64,000 nt of DNA from Candidatus Poribacteria bacterium. Lineage in GTDB: Bacteria; Poribacteria; WGA-4E; WGA-3G. Shown in pieces: positions 51,177-59,484 of this stretch. Position numbers and translations under genes: made by a program. The notes below the pieces were generated by a model. That model worked only from the letters and a program-made list of their open reading frames with translations, was not told the DNA's origin and did not search any database. Each line of letters starts with the position of its first letter. Positions within the stretch are counted from its first letter, which is position 1. The stretch lies in assembly GCA_965214095.1 (NCBI GenBank), contig OZ243938.1, forward strand, positions 2,656,001 to 2,720,000. The letters run 5' to 3'.

Positions 51177-51998
51177 TTAGAACCACTTCAAATCTCCCCA
51201 AGTTGTTGTAAGGTGCGTTTCTTGCAACTGGACAGCCCAATTCTTGTTAGGAATGCTATCGCCGGAAACCGAGAAACTTGATATGTTTGCCACAAACCAT
51301 TCTCCGCCAAAATGACACGTTATGAGCAATCCTACAACATCAATCTTAGCATATCTATTGTCAACGAATTGGGTTAGCAAAACTCCGTTCGTATACACAC
51401 GGAAATTCCCTGAATTAAAAACAACATTTAGATGCTGGCTAGTCAGTGGGAATTTGTTCCCGTACCTCGCTATCATTCTACCTTTACTAAAATCGTTCTT
51501 TTTCGAAAACGTTGCTTCTCTAATCTCTTCAGGACTGAATATGTACCCTTCAACTGCAAAGTCAACGATGCGGAGTTTTTTCCCAAGAAACAAGCAAATT
51601 TCACCATCGCTATTTGGTCCTTCCTGTACGTAATTCATCTCTACACCAGTCACCTTCAATTTATCAAGTCTAAATTGAAGGGCGTTCCAGTGGAGAAAAT
51701 CAGCAGCAGTATTCTCACATCTTGGGCTGTTCCGCGGTTTACGAATTTGTGAAAAAAGGATACCATCAAAGACTTCCCACTTTGCGTTCCAAATATTGTG
51801 CTCTGCAGTGCGTTCCCATCCGTTAAGTTCATTTCCATCAAACGTGTCTCGCCATGTTCCAGCGGAACTGTGCCTGCACAGAAAGGCACTTAAAAACACT
51901 AAACATAAAAAGGTTTTTATGATTAGCTGTTTTCTATCCACAACAAGATTGAAGAGATTTAAAGACCTACGGAACTCCTTATACACTCTATTTTTCAT
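51177..51998 (-). CDS. Secreted beta-sandwich paralog (A type) with TWG tail
   Basis: 'W.D.FD..EL.GWER', 'FLHW', 'GE.CLF.GK'; tail VQLQETHLTTTWGDLKWF. Confidence 0.7.
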   Translation of the reverse strand: MKNRVYKEFRRSLNLFNLVVDRKQLIIKTFLCLVFLSAFLCRHSSAGTWRDTFDGNELNGWERTAEHNIWNAKWEVFDGILFSQIRKPRNSPRCENTAADFLHWNALQFRLDKLKVTGVEMNYVQEGPNSDGEICLFLGKKLRIVDFAVEGYIFSPEEIREATFSKKNDFSKGRMIARYGNKFPLTSQHLNVVFNSGNFRVYTNGVLLTQFVDNRYAKIDVVGLLITCHFGGEWFVANISSFSVSGDSIPNKNWAVQLQETHLTTTWGDLKWF

Positions 51999-52004
51999 AA
52001 TAGC

Positions 52005-53438
52005 TTACCTCTTTGTGGTTGGGTGCGTTTCACCTTCAGTGGCACGAATCAGTCCGTAGACAGGAATAGTTATCGGCATCGTTTCTGCTGTAGTTAGTAC
52101 TTTGATTTCTTCGCGCAGCAGTTCAGGTGAATTTGCCACATCCCAAAAAACCTTGTACCGTTTTTCTTGTTTTGCGTGCGCGTTGTAAGCATGCAAGGAT
52201 TGTGACCAATCGTCGGGCGCAGCAACTTGTAAAAAGTTAGGCACCTGAATACTGAGCACCTTGAAATTCTTTTTCGCAGAAAGTGTGAACTCGGCAGATG
52301 GGTTTGCGTCTTTGTCCACTGCTCCATAAGAGAGGGTTTGCGGTTGAACCGTCACGGGTCGCACGATTCTCGCAGCAATCGGCAACGACAAGGTTCGCTC
52401 ATTCGGAAAAGCGACGGTAAGTATTGAGGTAAATAGTTTTTCAGCAGTGTCCGGTTCCAATTTTTTCGGAGCCCGTAACTGAATTGTGATAAGGTAGCAT
52501 TCTGAATTCAGATCTGGAGACATTTTCCAAGTTAAACTCGGGTGTGCTGATGGCATGAGTCGGACTTCCTGTAAATTAAGTGGCGCGTTTACACACAGTT
52601 TAATTTTCTTTTCATGTGTCGTTTCAGATAGGATCTGTCCGAAATCACATATATCAGCACTCAGTGTGGCGAACCGCTTTGATGCAGCTACAATTGTTAG
52701 ATAAACTTGTGGGGTTCTTGGACTATCTGTGAAAATTATAGCTGTTGCTAGTGTTGCGTCAGGTGGAACAAGTTCTGGATCAAGCACAACGTTATCAACG
52801 AAACTGTCAGAGAGAGATGCCCCAGGTTTCAAAAACACTTCCACGCCACCGACATGACCATTAGGATACACTCTCATCTGATAGGAATCGGGTCTTGCAA
52901 AAACATAGCCATCAAAGGAATCTCTAATTTGGTAGTGTCCTGACAACAGATGATTGACCTTGAAATACCCGTTTGATACTTCACCTTGGAAAGTCCTCTC
53001 TATCAATTCATCATCAGAATTGAGCAGACCAATCTCTATCTTATCTGTGATCGGCAATGGGAGTCTATTAACAGAATCAAGTAGGAAACCTGAAATAACA
53101 CCTATGCCTTCAATCACAAAATCGGCGTTAACTTCGGTGTTTTCAGTAATGGTAACTTCACGTTGTGAAAGTAGTGCGCTGAGGTGTCGGACTTGGACAT
53201 CCCAAGTGCCAGCAGGAAGGTTTGTGAGCGAAAATTGCCCACCAGAATCGGTTTTAGCGGCGTAAGTCACCTTGTCTATTTGTGAAATCGTAGAGACGGT
53301 GTACTCTGAGAGTGGGTTGTTCTGTTTATCTGTTACCTGTCCCTGAATTGTGCCAACATTTTGGGATTGACAGATTCCAATAGAAGTACCAAAACATAGC
53401 AGAAGCAAGGCGATATAAGTAAGGATAATGTTGTACAT
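52005..53438 (-). CDS. Chimeric secreted protein: carboxypeptidase-regulatory N-terminus fused to DUF1573/PapD-like Ig domains
   Basis: First ~213 aa match 48209..50308, then unrelated 'TDSPRTPQVYLTI...DFG.I...V.VQPQTLSYG...IPV.G'. Confidence 0.7.
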   Translation of the reverse strand: MYNIILTYIALLLLCFGTSIGICQSQNVGTIQGQVTDKQNNPLSEYTVSTISQIDKVTYAAKTDSGGQFSLTNLPAGTWDVQVRHLSALLSQREVTITENTEVNADFVIEGIGVISGFLLDSVNRLPLPITDKIEIGLLNSDDELIERTFQGEVSNGYFKVNHLLSGHYQIRDSFDGYVFARPDSYQMRVYPNGHVGGVEVFLKPGASLSDSFVDNVVLDPELVPPDATLATAIIFTDSPRTPQVYLTIVAASKRFATLSADICDFGQILSETTHEKKIKLCVNAPLNLQEVRLMPSAHPSLTWKMSPDLNSECYLITIQLRAPKKLEPDTAEKLFTSILTVAFPNERTLSLPIAARIVRPVTVQPQTLSYGAVDKDANPSAEFTLSAKKNFKVLSIQVPNFLQVAAPDDWSQSLHAYNAHAKQEKRYKVFWDVANSPELLREEIKVLTTAETMPITIPVYGLIRATEGETHPTTKR

Positions 53439-53575
53439 AAGGTTTGCATTTTCTCACTAAGTATAGCATGGACTTGGTATTACTACTAACGCTGCTTGAG
53501 TTGTCCCCAAGTTGTTGTTAACTTTGCTTGTGGGGAAACGGATAACCCCGGTCCCGTTATCTTGAGTGAATCGAC
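53104..53575. repeat. Copy 2 of the duplicated block
   Basis: See 49974-50440. Confidence 0.85.
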
Positions 53576-54292
53576 CCGTCCATGTCCAACACCAAGCCCA
53601 TCGCTTGTAATGAAAAACCCAAAAATCTCAACCGAAGGGAATTCAGGGTCTTCAAATTCCTCGCGTTTTTCACCATTCCCGAACCACTGAAAATGTCCAC
53701 GATTAAAACGAATTTCCATAGATGCTAATTCCGGTGTTTTCCATCGGTTTATAACCTCCAGAATAAACCCCTGTTTTAGCGGCTCCAAAGGTTTAGTATT
53801 AAACGGTGCTCCACCACCGTCCCGCGGACTGACATGCGCAGCGTAAATATCAGTTGGATAAAACAGATAGAAAAATGGGGCGGCTCCAGGGAAGTGGTGA
53901 TGCCGCCTCCCGAGGGCAATCCCAAAACCCTTCTGCTTTCGAGCTATATTTTTTACTGTCATAGTGATGTTTTTATATCCCGGAATTTTTACCAGTCTCT
54001 GAATAAATTCTTGATCGTTGATTTTAAAATCTACAATAGAACCACTGGGATCTTTAAATTGGAGTAGTTCTAATGAGGGATGTAGATCTCCGCCACCGTC
54101 TGGTGACTGTAACCATCCCTTTAAAAATCCATCTTCGGTTTTCCATATAGCATGTTTGCCCCAATGTTCCCAGTTTCTCTCTCTCAAAACATCAAAACCA
54201 TCATGGTAACCTTGTGAAAAAGCAGATGGACAAAAAATACCGGACACAAAGAATAACGTAAGTCCTATTAAGATGCGTATGATATGCTTCAT
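53486..54292 (-). CDS. Secreted beta-sandwich paralog (B type) with TWG tail
   Basis: Paralog of 50353..51117; AAGGAG RBS before 54292; tail VSPQAKLTTTWGQLKQR. Confidence 0.7.
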   Translation of the reverse strand: MKHIIRILIGLTLFFVSGIFCPSAFSQGYHDGFDVLRERNWEHWGKHAIWKTEDGFLKGWLQSPDGGGDLHPSLELLQFKDPSGSIVDFKINDQEFIQRLVKIPGYKNITMTVKNIARKQKGFGIALGRRHHHFPGAAPFFYLFYPTDIYAAHVSPRDGGGAPFNTKPLEPLKQGFILEVINRWKTPELASMEIRFNRGHFQWFGNGEKREEFEDPEFPSVEIFGFFITSDGLGVGHGRVDSLKITGPGLSVSPQAKLTTTWGQLKQR

Positions 54293-54331
54293 GTTACAAC
54301 TCCTTATCTTAACCACACGTTTTGATTTTGA

Positions 54332-55159
54332 TTAGAATCGCTTCAACGTTCCCCAAGTTGTCGTGAGTTGTGTCCCTCGTAATTGTACAGCAAGATTAGG
54401 TTTGATTATTGCTTTATCAGAAATCGAGATACTTGATATCCTGCTGCCAAACCAATGTCCTCCGATGTGACACGTAATGAGCAATCCCACAATATCAATA
54501 GTTTCTAAGTTCTCATCAGTGAATTCAGTTATCAGATCGTCGTTTGTGTATACCTGGAAATGGCCAGTATCAAAAACAGCTGTAAGATTGCGTGTTGTGT
54601 TTTGGAATATGTCCCCATACCACGCTTTCGTCTTCCCTCTACTATATTTACCGATCTCCGAAAAGGTAACCTTACTTACCTCTTCGGGACTAACGATATA
54701 ACCTTGGACTGCTAAATCATGATCATCTTGACGTTTCCCAATAAACAAGCAGAGTTCCCCCATTCCATCTCCTCCTTCCTGTGGATAAGTAATCTCTTCA
54801 CCTACTATTGTTAACTGCTCAAAGTTAAATTGGACGATTTTCCAGTGCAGAAAAGAGGCTGTGTTCTTATCACATCTTGGAGGGAGAGCATTTGCCCGAA
54901 TATTGGCAAAGAGGAATCCCGCAACAGCTTCCCATTTGGTATCCCCATTTCCCAGCCAAAATCGTTCCCATCCTTTGAGCTCCTCATCATCAAACGAATC
55001 GTTCCATACCTCACTGTAACTGTGTCCTACTGAAAACATACTCAACAAGACTATACAGATACCGATGTATACAATTCGCAAATTCCGACAGACATCAAAA
55101 TTGAAAACAAACAAGTATTTACGATATTGGTATCTATTTCTGGTCGTTTGATTTCTCAT
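54332..55159 (-). CDS. Secreted beta-sandwich paralog (A type) with TWG tail
   Basis: Paralog of 51177..51998; tail VQLRGTQLTTTWGTLKRF. Confidence 0.7.
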   Translation of the reverse strand: MRNQTTRNRYQYRKYLFVFNFDVCRNLRIVYIGICIVLLSMFSVGHSYSEVWNDSFDDEELKGWERFWLGNGDTKWEAVAGFLFANIRANALPPRCDKNTASFLHWKIVQFNFEQLTIVGEEITYPQEGGDGMGELCLFIGKRQDDHDLAVQGYIVSPEEVSKVTFSEIGKYSRGKTKAWYGDIFQNTTRNLTAVFDTGHFQVYTNDDLITEFTDENLETIDIVGLLITCHIGGHWFGSRISSISISDKAIIKPNLAVQLRGTQLTTTWGTLKRF

Positions 55160-55192
55160 ATATTATGCTTCTCTGTTTTGGTATTCTTATAT

Positions 55193-56038
55193 TCAGAAAC
55201 GTTTTATTTTTCCCCAAGTCGTAGTCAATTGAGTGTTTCCCAACTGCACATCAAAAGCATTATTGGTAGGGATACCTTGCCCAGAAATCGAAAAGGTTGA
55301 GATAGTCCCATCAAACCATTGTCCTGGGAATTCAAACACGCTCATCAAACCAACAACATCAATCATGGGAATCTCATCGTCAAAAAATTCTGTAATTAGA
55401 AGGTCTTGCGTCCAGAGTTGAAACTTACCAGTATCAAAAACAACCCTTATATTACCTGAAGTCAATCGAAACATGAGACCGTAATCAGCTTTCACTTCAC
55501 CTTTCTTGTAAATGCCGTTTTCGGTAAATTGTATTTTTGTTGTCTTTTCAGGACTGAAAATATAACCTGCTGCAAAGTCAGGTGAAGGTTGCCGTTTGCC
55601 GAGGAATAAGCAAAGTTCACCAGAAATGTCTGGAGCAGGATTATTTGGATCACCACGTGGGTAACGGACTTCCTCACCTATCACTGTTATCTTGTCAAGT
55701 TGAAATTGGTGGACATTCCAGTGTAGGAAATCTGCAGCTGTTACATGCTCCTGTTTTGGTTTCCCTATTATTGCAAGAAGGTATCCAGTAGTAAATGGGG
55801 AAACTTCCCATTCTGCAAACCAAGGGACTTCCTCAACAATACGTTCCCAACCATTGAGGGCTATGTCATCAAAATCATCTATCCAAGTTCTAGCATAACC
55901 GTGTCCGATTGCAAAAGCAAACAAGACCACTGCACATAGAACGTATTTCATGATACTCTTCATAATTGTTGTTGTGGGAATAAGTAAGCTACCATTCTTG
56001 TTGAATCGACAGATAAGGTTTGTTCCTTTTGTTCTCAT
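55193..56038 (-). CDS. Secreted beta-sandwich paralog (A type) with TWG tail
   Basis: 'W.DDFD...L.GWER', 'ADFLHW', 'GELCLFLGKRQ'; GAGGTG RBS before 56038; tail VQLGNTQLTTTWGKIKRF. Confidence 0.7.
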   Translation of the reverse strand: MRTKGTNLICRFNKNGSLLIPTTTIMKSIMKYVLCAVVLFAFAIGHGYARTWIDDFDDIALNGWERIVEEVPWFAEWEVSPFTTGYLLAIIGKPKQEHVTAADFLHWNVHQFQLDKITVIGEEVRYPRGDPNNPAPDISGELCLFLGKRQPSPDFAAGYIFSPEKTTKIQFTENGIYKKGEVKADYGLMFRLTSGNIRVVFDTGKFQLWTQDLLITEFFDDEIPMIDVVGLMSVFEFPGQWFDGTISTFSISGQGIPTNNAFDVQLGNTQLTTTWGKIKRF

Positions 56039-56205
56039 AAAAATCACCTCAAAGTCCATCTGAATAAGAAAATTTTGGATTGGGATACGATGGATACTAA
56101 GTGTATGGAAAGGCAAGTCAAGATTCTCTAAAATGCATATCTGCATTCAATCTGTTCTTCAGTATAACCTATCTGATAAAAAGAAACAAGATATTCACTA
56201 AATCT

Positions 56206-56817
56206 TTATTGTTTCAAAGTTGACCAAACTATAGGCAGCAACGGTTCATTCTCAATCAGAATCTCTTCCGCTTTATACGCTTCATCATACCATTCAACGA
56301 TACGCCATTCCCCATCTCTTTTTTCAAAGATAAACAGATTATCTCCTTCAGCAAACCATCCCGTATATTCACCTTGAAATAATTCCCCTGTTCCCACGGA
56401 ACCTTGTATTCGGTAATGAGTTCGCACTTCGGATCGAGTTTTGTCCATATCAATGGATATTTCTGGACGAGATGAGAGTTGTATATTTATATCTTGGAAT
56501 TCACTAAAGACCTTATTCGCTGCATCACGTTCTTCACGTATGTCATCAAATTCTGTGTCATCAGTCTTATCGCCTTCTGTTCCCATATCCCCAACATAAC
56601 GAAAACCTTCCGACCAATACGCGCTCATGTATGTTTCAATATCTTCAATTTCATATCCTTCACGCCACTGTTTTATGACATTGTTGATTGCTAAGACATC
56701 TTCTGGCGGTACTATATCGCTCTTGTCCGGTTCCACAGGAGAAAGGTCTGTATTGCAGGCATAAAAAAGGACGAAGAAAATAAGCACACATCCTATCTTC
56801 GCAAATAGGTTGAACAT
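56206..56817 (-). CDS. Lipoprotein with NTF2/SnoaL-like fold and degenerate TWG-type tail
   Basis: Lipobox FYAC; 'I..VI..W...YE..DI..Y', 'FEKRDGEWRIV'; tail LLPIVWSTLKQ. Confidence 0.65.
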   Translation of the reverse strand: MFNLFAKIGCVLIFFVLFYACNTDLSPVEPDKSDIVPPEDVLAINNVIKQWREGYEIEDIETYMSAYWSEGFRYVGDMGTEGDKTDDTEFDDIREERDAANKVFSEFQDINIQLSSRPEISIDMDKTRSEVRTHYRIQGSVGTGELFQGEYTGWFAEGDNLFIFEKRDGEWRIVEWYDEAYKAEEILIENEPLLPIVWSTLKQ

Positions 56818-56901
56818 AAATTTATTTCTCCAATTTCATTGTAAGACCAGATTTGATGTATATTCTACTTTATCATTAGTTTTCTAACAATACGTTTTTC
56901 T

Positions 56902-57040
56902 TTATAGTGGAATGTAAAAATACGTGCACACTCTCGGTAGATGCGGTTTCCTAACCGCATCTATGAGACTGAACAAACACCAGTTCGGTTTGGAAACCGA
57001 ACCTACCGTCGTGTATAAATAATTTCTGATATTTTTACAG
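56902..57040. mobile_element. Inverted copy of the 20889-21027 MITE/REP doublet
   Basis: TTATAGTGGAATGTAAAAATACGTGCACACTCTC-GGTAGATGCGGTTTCCTAACCGCATC...GGAAACCGAACCTACC. Confidence 0.75.
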
Positions 57041-57131
57041 TTGACCTTAACCTAACAACAATCTGTCTTTTTAACACTTGTAATAGAAGGTATCAATAAT
57101 ACCGAAAACTAAATTACGTTATAGGTTTTAC

Positions 57132-57488
57132 GGGTGTGTAAAGTTTTTGGCAAAATGGACACAGACATCCTGTAGGAGGGATCTCCGAATCGCGAACTGT
57201 CGGGAATCGGATGCCCGCCTGCAAGTGGACATTGGTCAGAAAACAGCAATTATTCAACGATTAAATACCTCTGCGTATGTCATGAATGTTTGCATTAATT
57301 GCATTAATTACTACTATAATTTGGATTTATTTATGAAAAAACCTTCGCGAAAAAATAGCGTTCGATTCAGTCATAATAAGGGATTATCGGTGAGCTGGGT
57401 GTACTTCTGAGGCTGAAAGAATGCGGGGCACGGAGACTCCGCAAGACAATGGTTGGTGAGAACTTAGTGCCAAAAACTTTACATACCC
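57132..57488. mobile_element. 357-bp MITE with 21-bp TIRs and 8-bp target-site duplication
   Basis: GGGTGTGTAAAGTTTTTGGCA / TGCCAAAAACTTTACATACCC (1 mismatch); GGTTTTAC duplicated at 57124-57131 and 57489-57496. Confidence 0.85.
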
Positions 57489-57503
57489 GGTTTTACTATA
57501 AAC

Positions 57504-57532
57504 TTGCTATTACAATAGATTTTCAGTATAAT
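57504..57532 (+). promoter_or_regulatory. Sigma70-type promoter upstream of the DpnI-wH gene
   Basis: TTGCTA-17 nt-TATAAT. Confidence 0.6.
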
Positions 57533-57629
57533 AAATTCAGGATAGTTTAGACATTTATCATCATCGATGTTAAGTTATAAGAAACATTTAGAATTATTGG
57601 GTAATGTCAATAAAGGTAGGAGATAGCGG

Positions 57630-57887
57630 ATGAATTACGAGGGATTAAGCGGTTGGATGTTAGATATAATGAGATGTATTAAAGTAATTGATAAATCCCA
57701 ATTTACACTTCAAGAAATGTATGATTTTGAAGTGGCATTAAAGCGCAAACATCCTGACAATGGCAATATAAAACCTAAGATTCGACAACAATTACAGTTA
57801 TTATCAAAACGAGGTCATATCAAATATTTAGGTGATGGAATATACGAATTAACAAATAGTACTAGTGCTGTGTCTACTCTTATTTGA
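57630..57887 (+). CDS. Stand-alone DpnI/Dam-replacing C-terminal winged-helix domain protein
   Basis: 'GW.LDIM.CI......FTL.EMY.FE..L...HP.N.NI.PKIRQQLQ.L...G.I..LG.G.Y'; AGGAG RBS. Confidence 0.8.
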   Translation: MNYEGLSGWMLDIMRCIKVIDKSQFTLQEMYDFEVALKRKHPDNGNIKPKIRQQLQLLSKRGHIKYLGDGIYELTNSTSAVSTLI

Positions 57888-58047
57888 TAGGTAAATATCG
57901 CGATTCGGAGATCGCTCCTACTGAATATAGCTTTGTCGTTGTAGGTCGGGTTTCGTGCCTCTACCCGACATGCATCCCTTTATCATCAATAAAGTCGGGT
58001 TTCGTGCCTCTACCCGACCTACAATATAAGAATGGACACTCTACTAG
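57862..58047. mobile_element. CTAG-ended MITE (inverted homolog of 10560-10693) overlapping the 3' end of the wH gene
   Basis: CTAGTGCTGTGTCTAC ... GAATGGACACTCTACTAG; REP doublet at 57941-58022 plus an extra REP at 57898-57921. Confidence 0.7.
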
Positions 58048-58051
58048 TTAG

Positions 58052-58354
58052 TATTAAAACTTTTCAAAACCCAATGCTTTAGTTTTGGGATGTAGAACGG
58101 AACCAACGATGTGCGGGGTATCACTGACTGCCCAACGAAAGATTAGATGTAATACTACATCGTCAACCATGTAGGTAGGTGGAGAGCATCCATATCATGC
58201 CAGTCGAATGCGAACTGGAACACGTGAGCGGGTTGATATGCAGCACATATCTGCAATATGCGTTACCAAAGTCGCTAAATAGCGAACTCTCAAAAGGAGC
58301 GAGTAGACATATTGTATAAAAGCCCTCCCTGCTTTAGCTGGGGGAGTATGTCAA
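58052..58354 (+). mobile_element. Non-autonomous IS200/IS605-type element (PATE-like) with a structured, ORF-free interior
   Basis: TTAG target at 58048-51; AAAC at +16..19 then a CCCAA-TGCTTTAGTT-TTGGG left hairpin; right end CTCCCTGCTTTAGCTGGGGGAGTATGTCAA. Confidence 0.7.
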
Positions 58355-58394
58355 AACGTATTGGATATAGATTGTTTCACACGAGGAACACCAA

Positions 58395-59453
58395 ATGGAG
58401 CAAGTAAAAGAACTGCGCATATCAAACGATGCAATCAACGACCCTGAAGAGTTACGCACACGGATGGCAGAAGAAGGTTATCTCTTTTTCAAGAAACTAC
58501 AAAACCCCGATAAACTCTGGGAATTGCGACGTGAAATGCTAACGACAATGCAAGAAGGCGGTTGGCTTATTGCTGGGACTGATCCAATGGATGGCATTGC
58601 CGACATATCAACACAATGCACCGAGGGTGATGCAGAATACACAGACGTATATCATGAAGTGTATAAATTACAGGCATTCCATCGTTCAGCACATTGGAAT
58701 GAAGTCGTTGATATGGTGGAGAAAATTATCGGTAGAGAAGTCCTACCGCATCCACAGAAGATAGCGCGCCTATGGTATCCGAAGTATACCGAACACACAA
58801 CACCGATACACCAAGATTTCGTTCACTTTCAAGGCAATTTCCAAACCTATACATGTTGGGCACCCGTTGGTGATTGTCCGATAGAATTGGGCGGATTAGC
58901 AGTCCTACCCGGTTCTCATAAAATAAATGAGGTGATGGAACACCATTTTTCACTCGGTGCGGGTGGACTGTGCGTGAACACGGATGAACTAAACGGTGAA
59001 TGGCATTCAACAAACTATGAAATTGGTGACACTTTGATTTTTCCTGCTTTGACAATCCACAAAGCATTGCCGAATTTGACAGAAGATCGACTGCGTGTAT
59101 CACTTGACAACCGCTATCAGGCAGTAGATGACCCTATTGCTGAACACATGCTTGAACCACATCTGAACATATTTAACTCACTGAAGTGGGAGGATGTATA
59201 TCAAAATTGGGAATCTGACGAACTCCAATATTACTGGAAAGACTACGATCTCACTGTGATACCGAGAGATTTTAGTTACAACAACAAAGGATTTGAGGAA
59301 GCATTGGAGTTAGCAAAAGATGGTGATAATCGCGCAGCATACCAGTTAAATCGAATTATCAAACGAGATCCCACTACCGATATGGCAAAGAGAGCTACCG
59401 AAGTTTTGCAGGAGATGGATATAGATATTGCAATTGATAGACGGTGTATGTGA
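58395..59453 (+). CDS. Phytanoyl-CoA dioxygenase (PhyH) family Fe(II)/2OG oxygenase
   Basis: 'EEGYL', 'TPIHQD' HxD, 'W.P.GD', 'GGL.VLPGSH', 'GD.L.F...T.H...PN....R.S.D.RY'. Confidence 0.9.
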   Translation: MEQVKELRISNDAINDPEELRTRMAEEGYLFFKKLQNPDKLWELRREMLTTMQEGGWLIAGTDPMDGIADISTQCTEGDAEYTDVYHEVYKLQAFHRSAHWNEVVDMVEKIIGREVLPHPQKIARLWYPKYTEHTTPIHQDFVHFQGNFQTYTCWAPVGDCPIELGGLAVLPGSHKINEVMEHHFSLGAGGLCVNTDELNGEWHSTNYEIGDTLIFPALTIHKALPNLTEDRLRVSLDNRYQAVDDPIAEHMLEPHLNIFNSLKWEDVYQNWESDELQYYWKDYDLTVIPRDFSYNNKGFEEALELAKDGDNRAAYQLNRIIKRDPTTDMAKRATEVLQEMDIDIAIDRRCM

Positions 59454-59484
59454 GCACAACATTTGCCTCTGTCATAAATATTTT

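Noticed and set aside
45055-56146. Diversity-generating retroelement behind the paralog variation
   Set aside because: No reverse transcriptase in the window, and differences between copies are not adenine-specific; the near-identical block is coding or intergenic in both copies.
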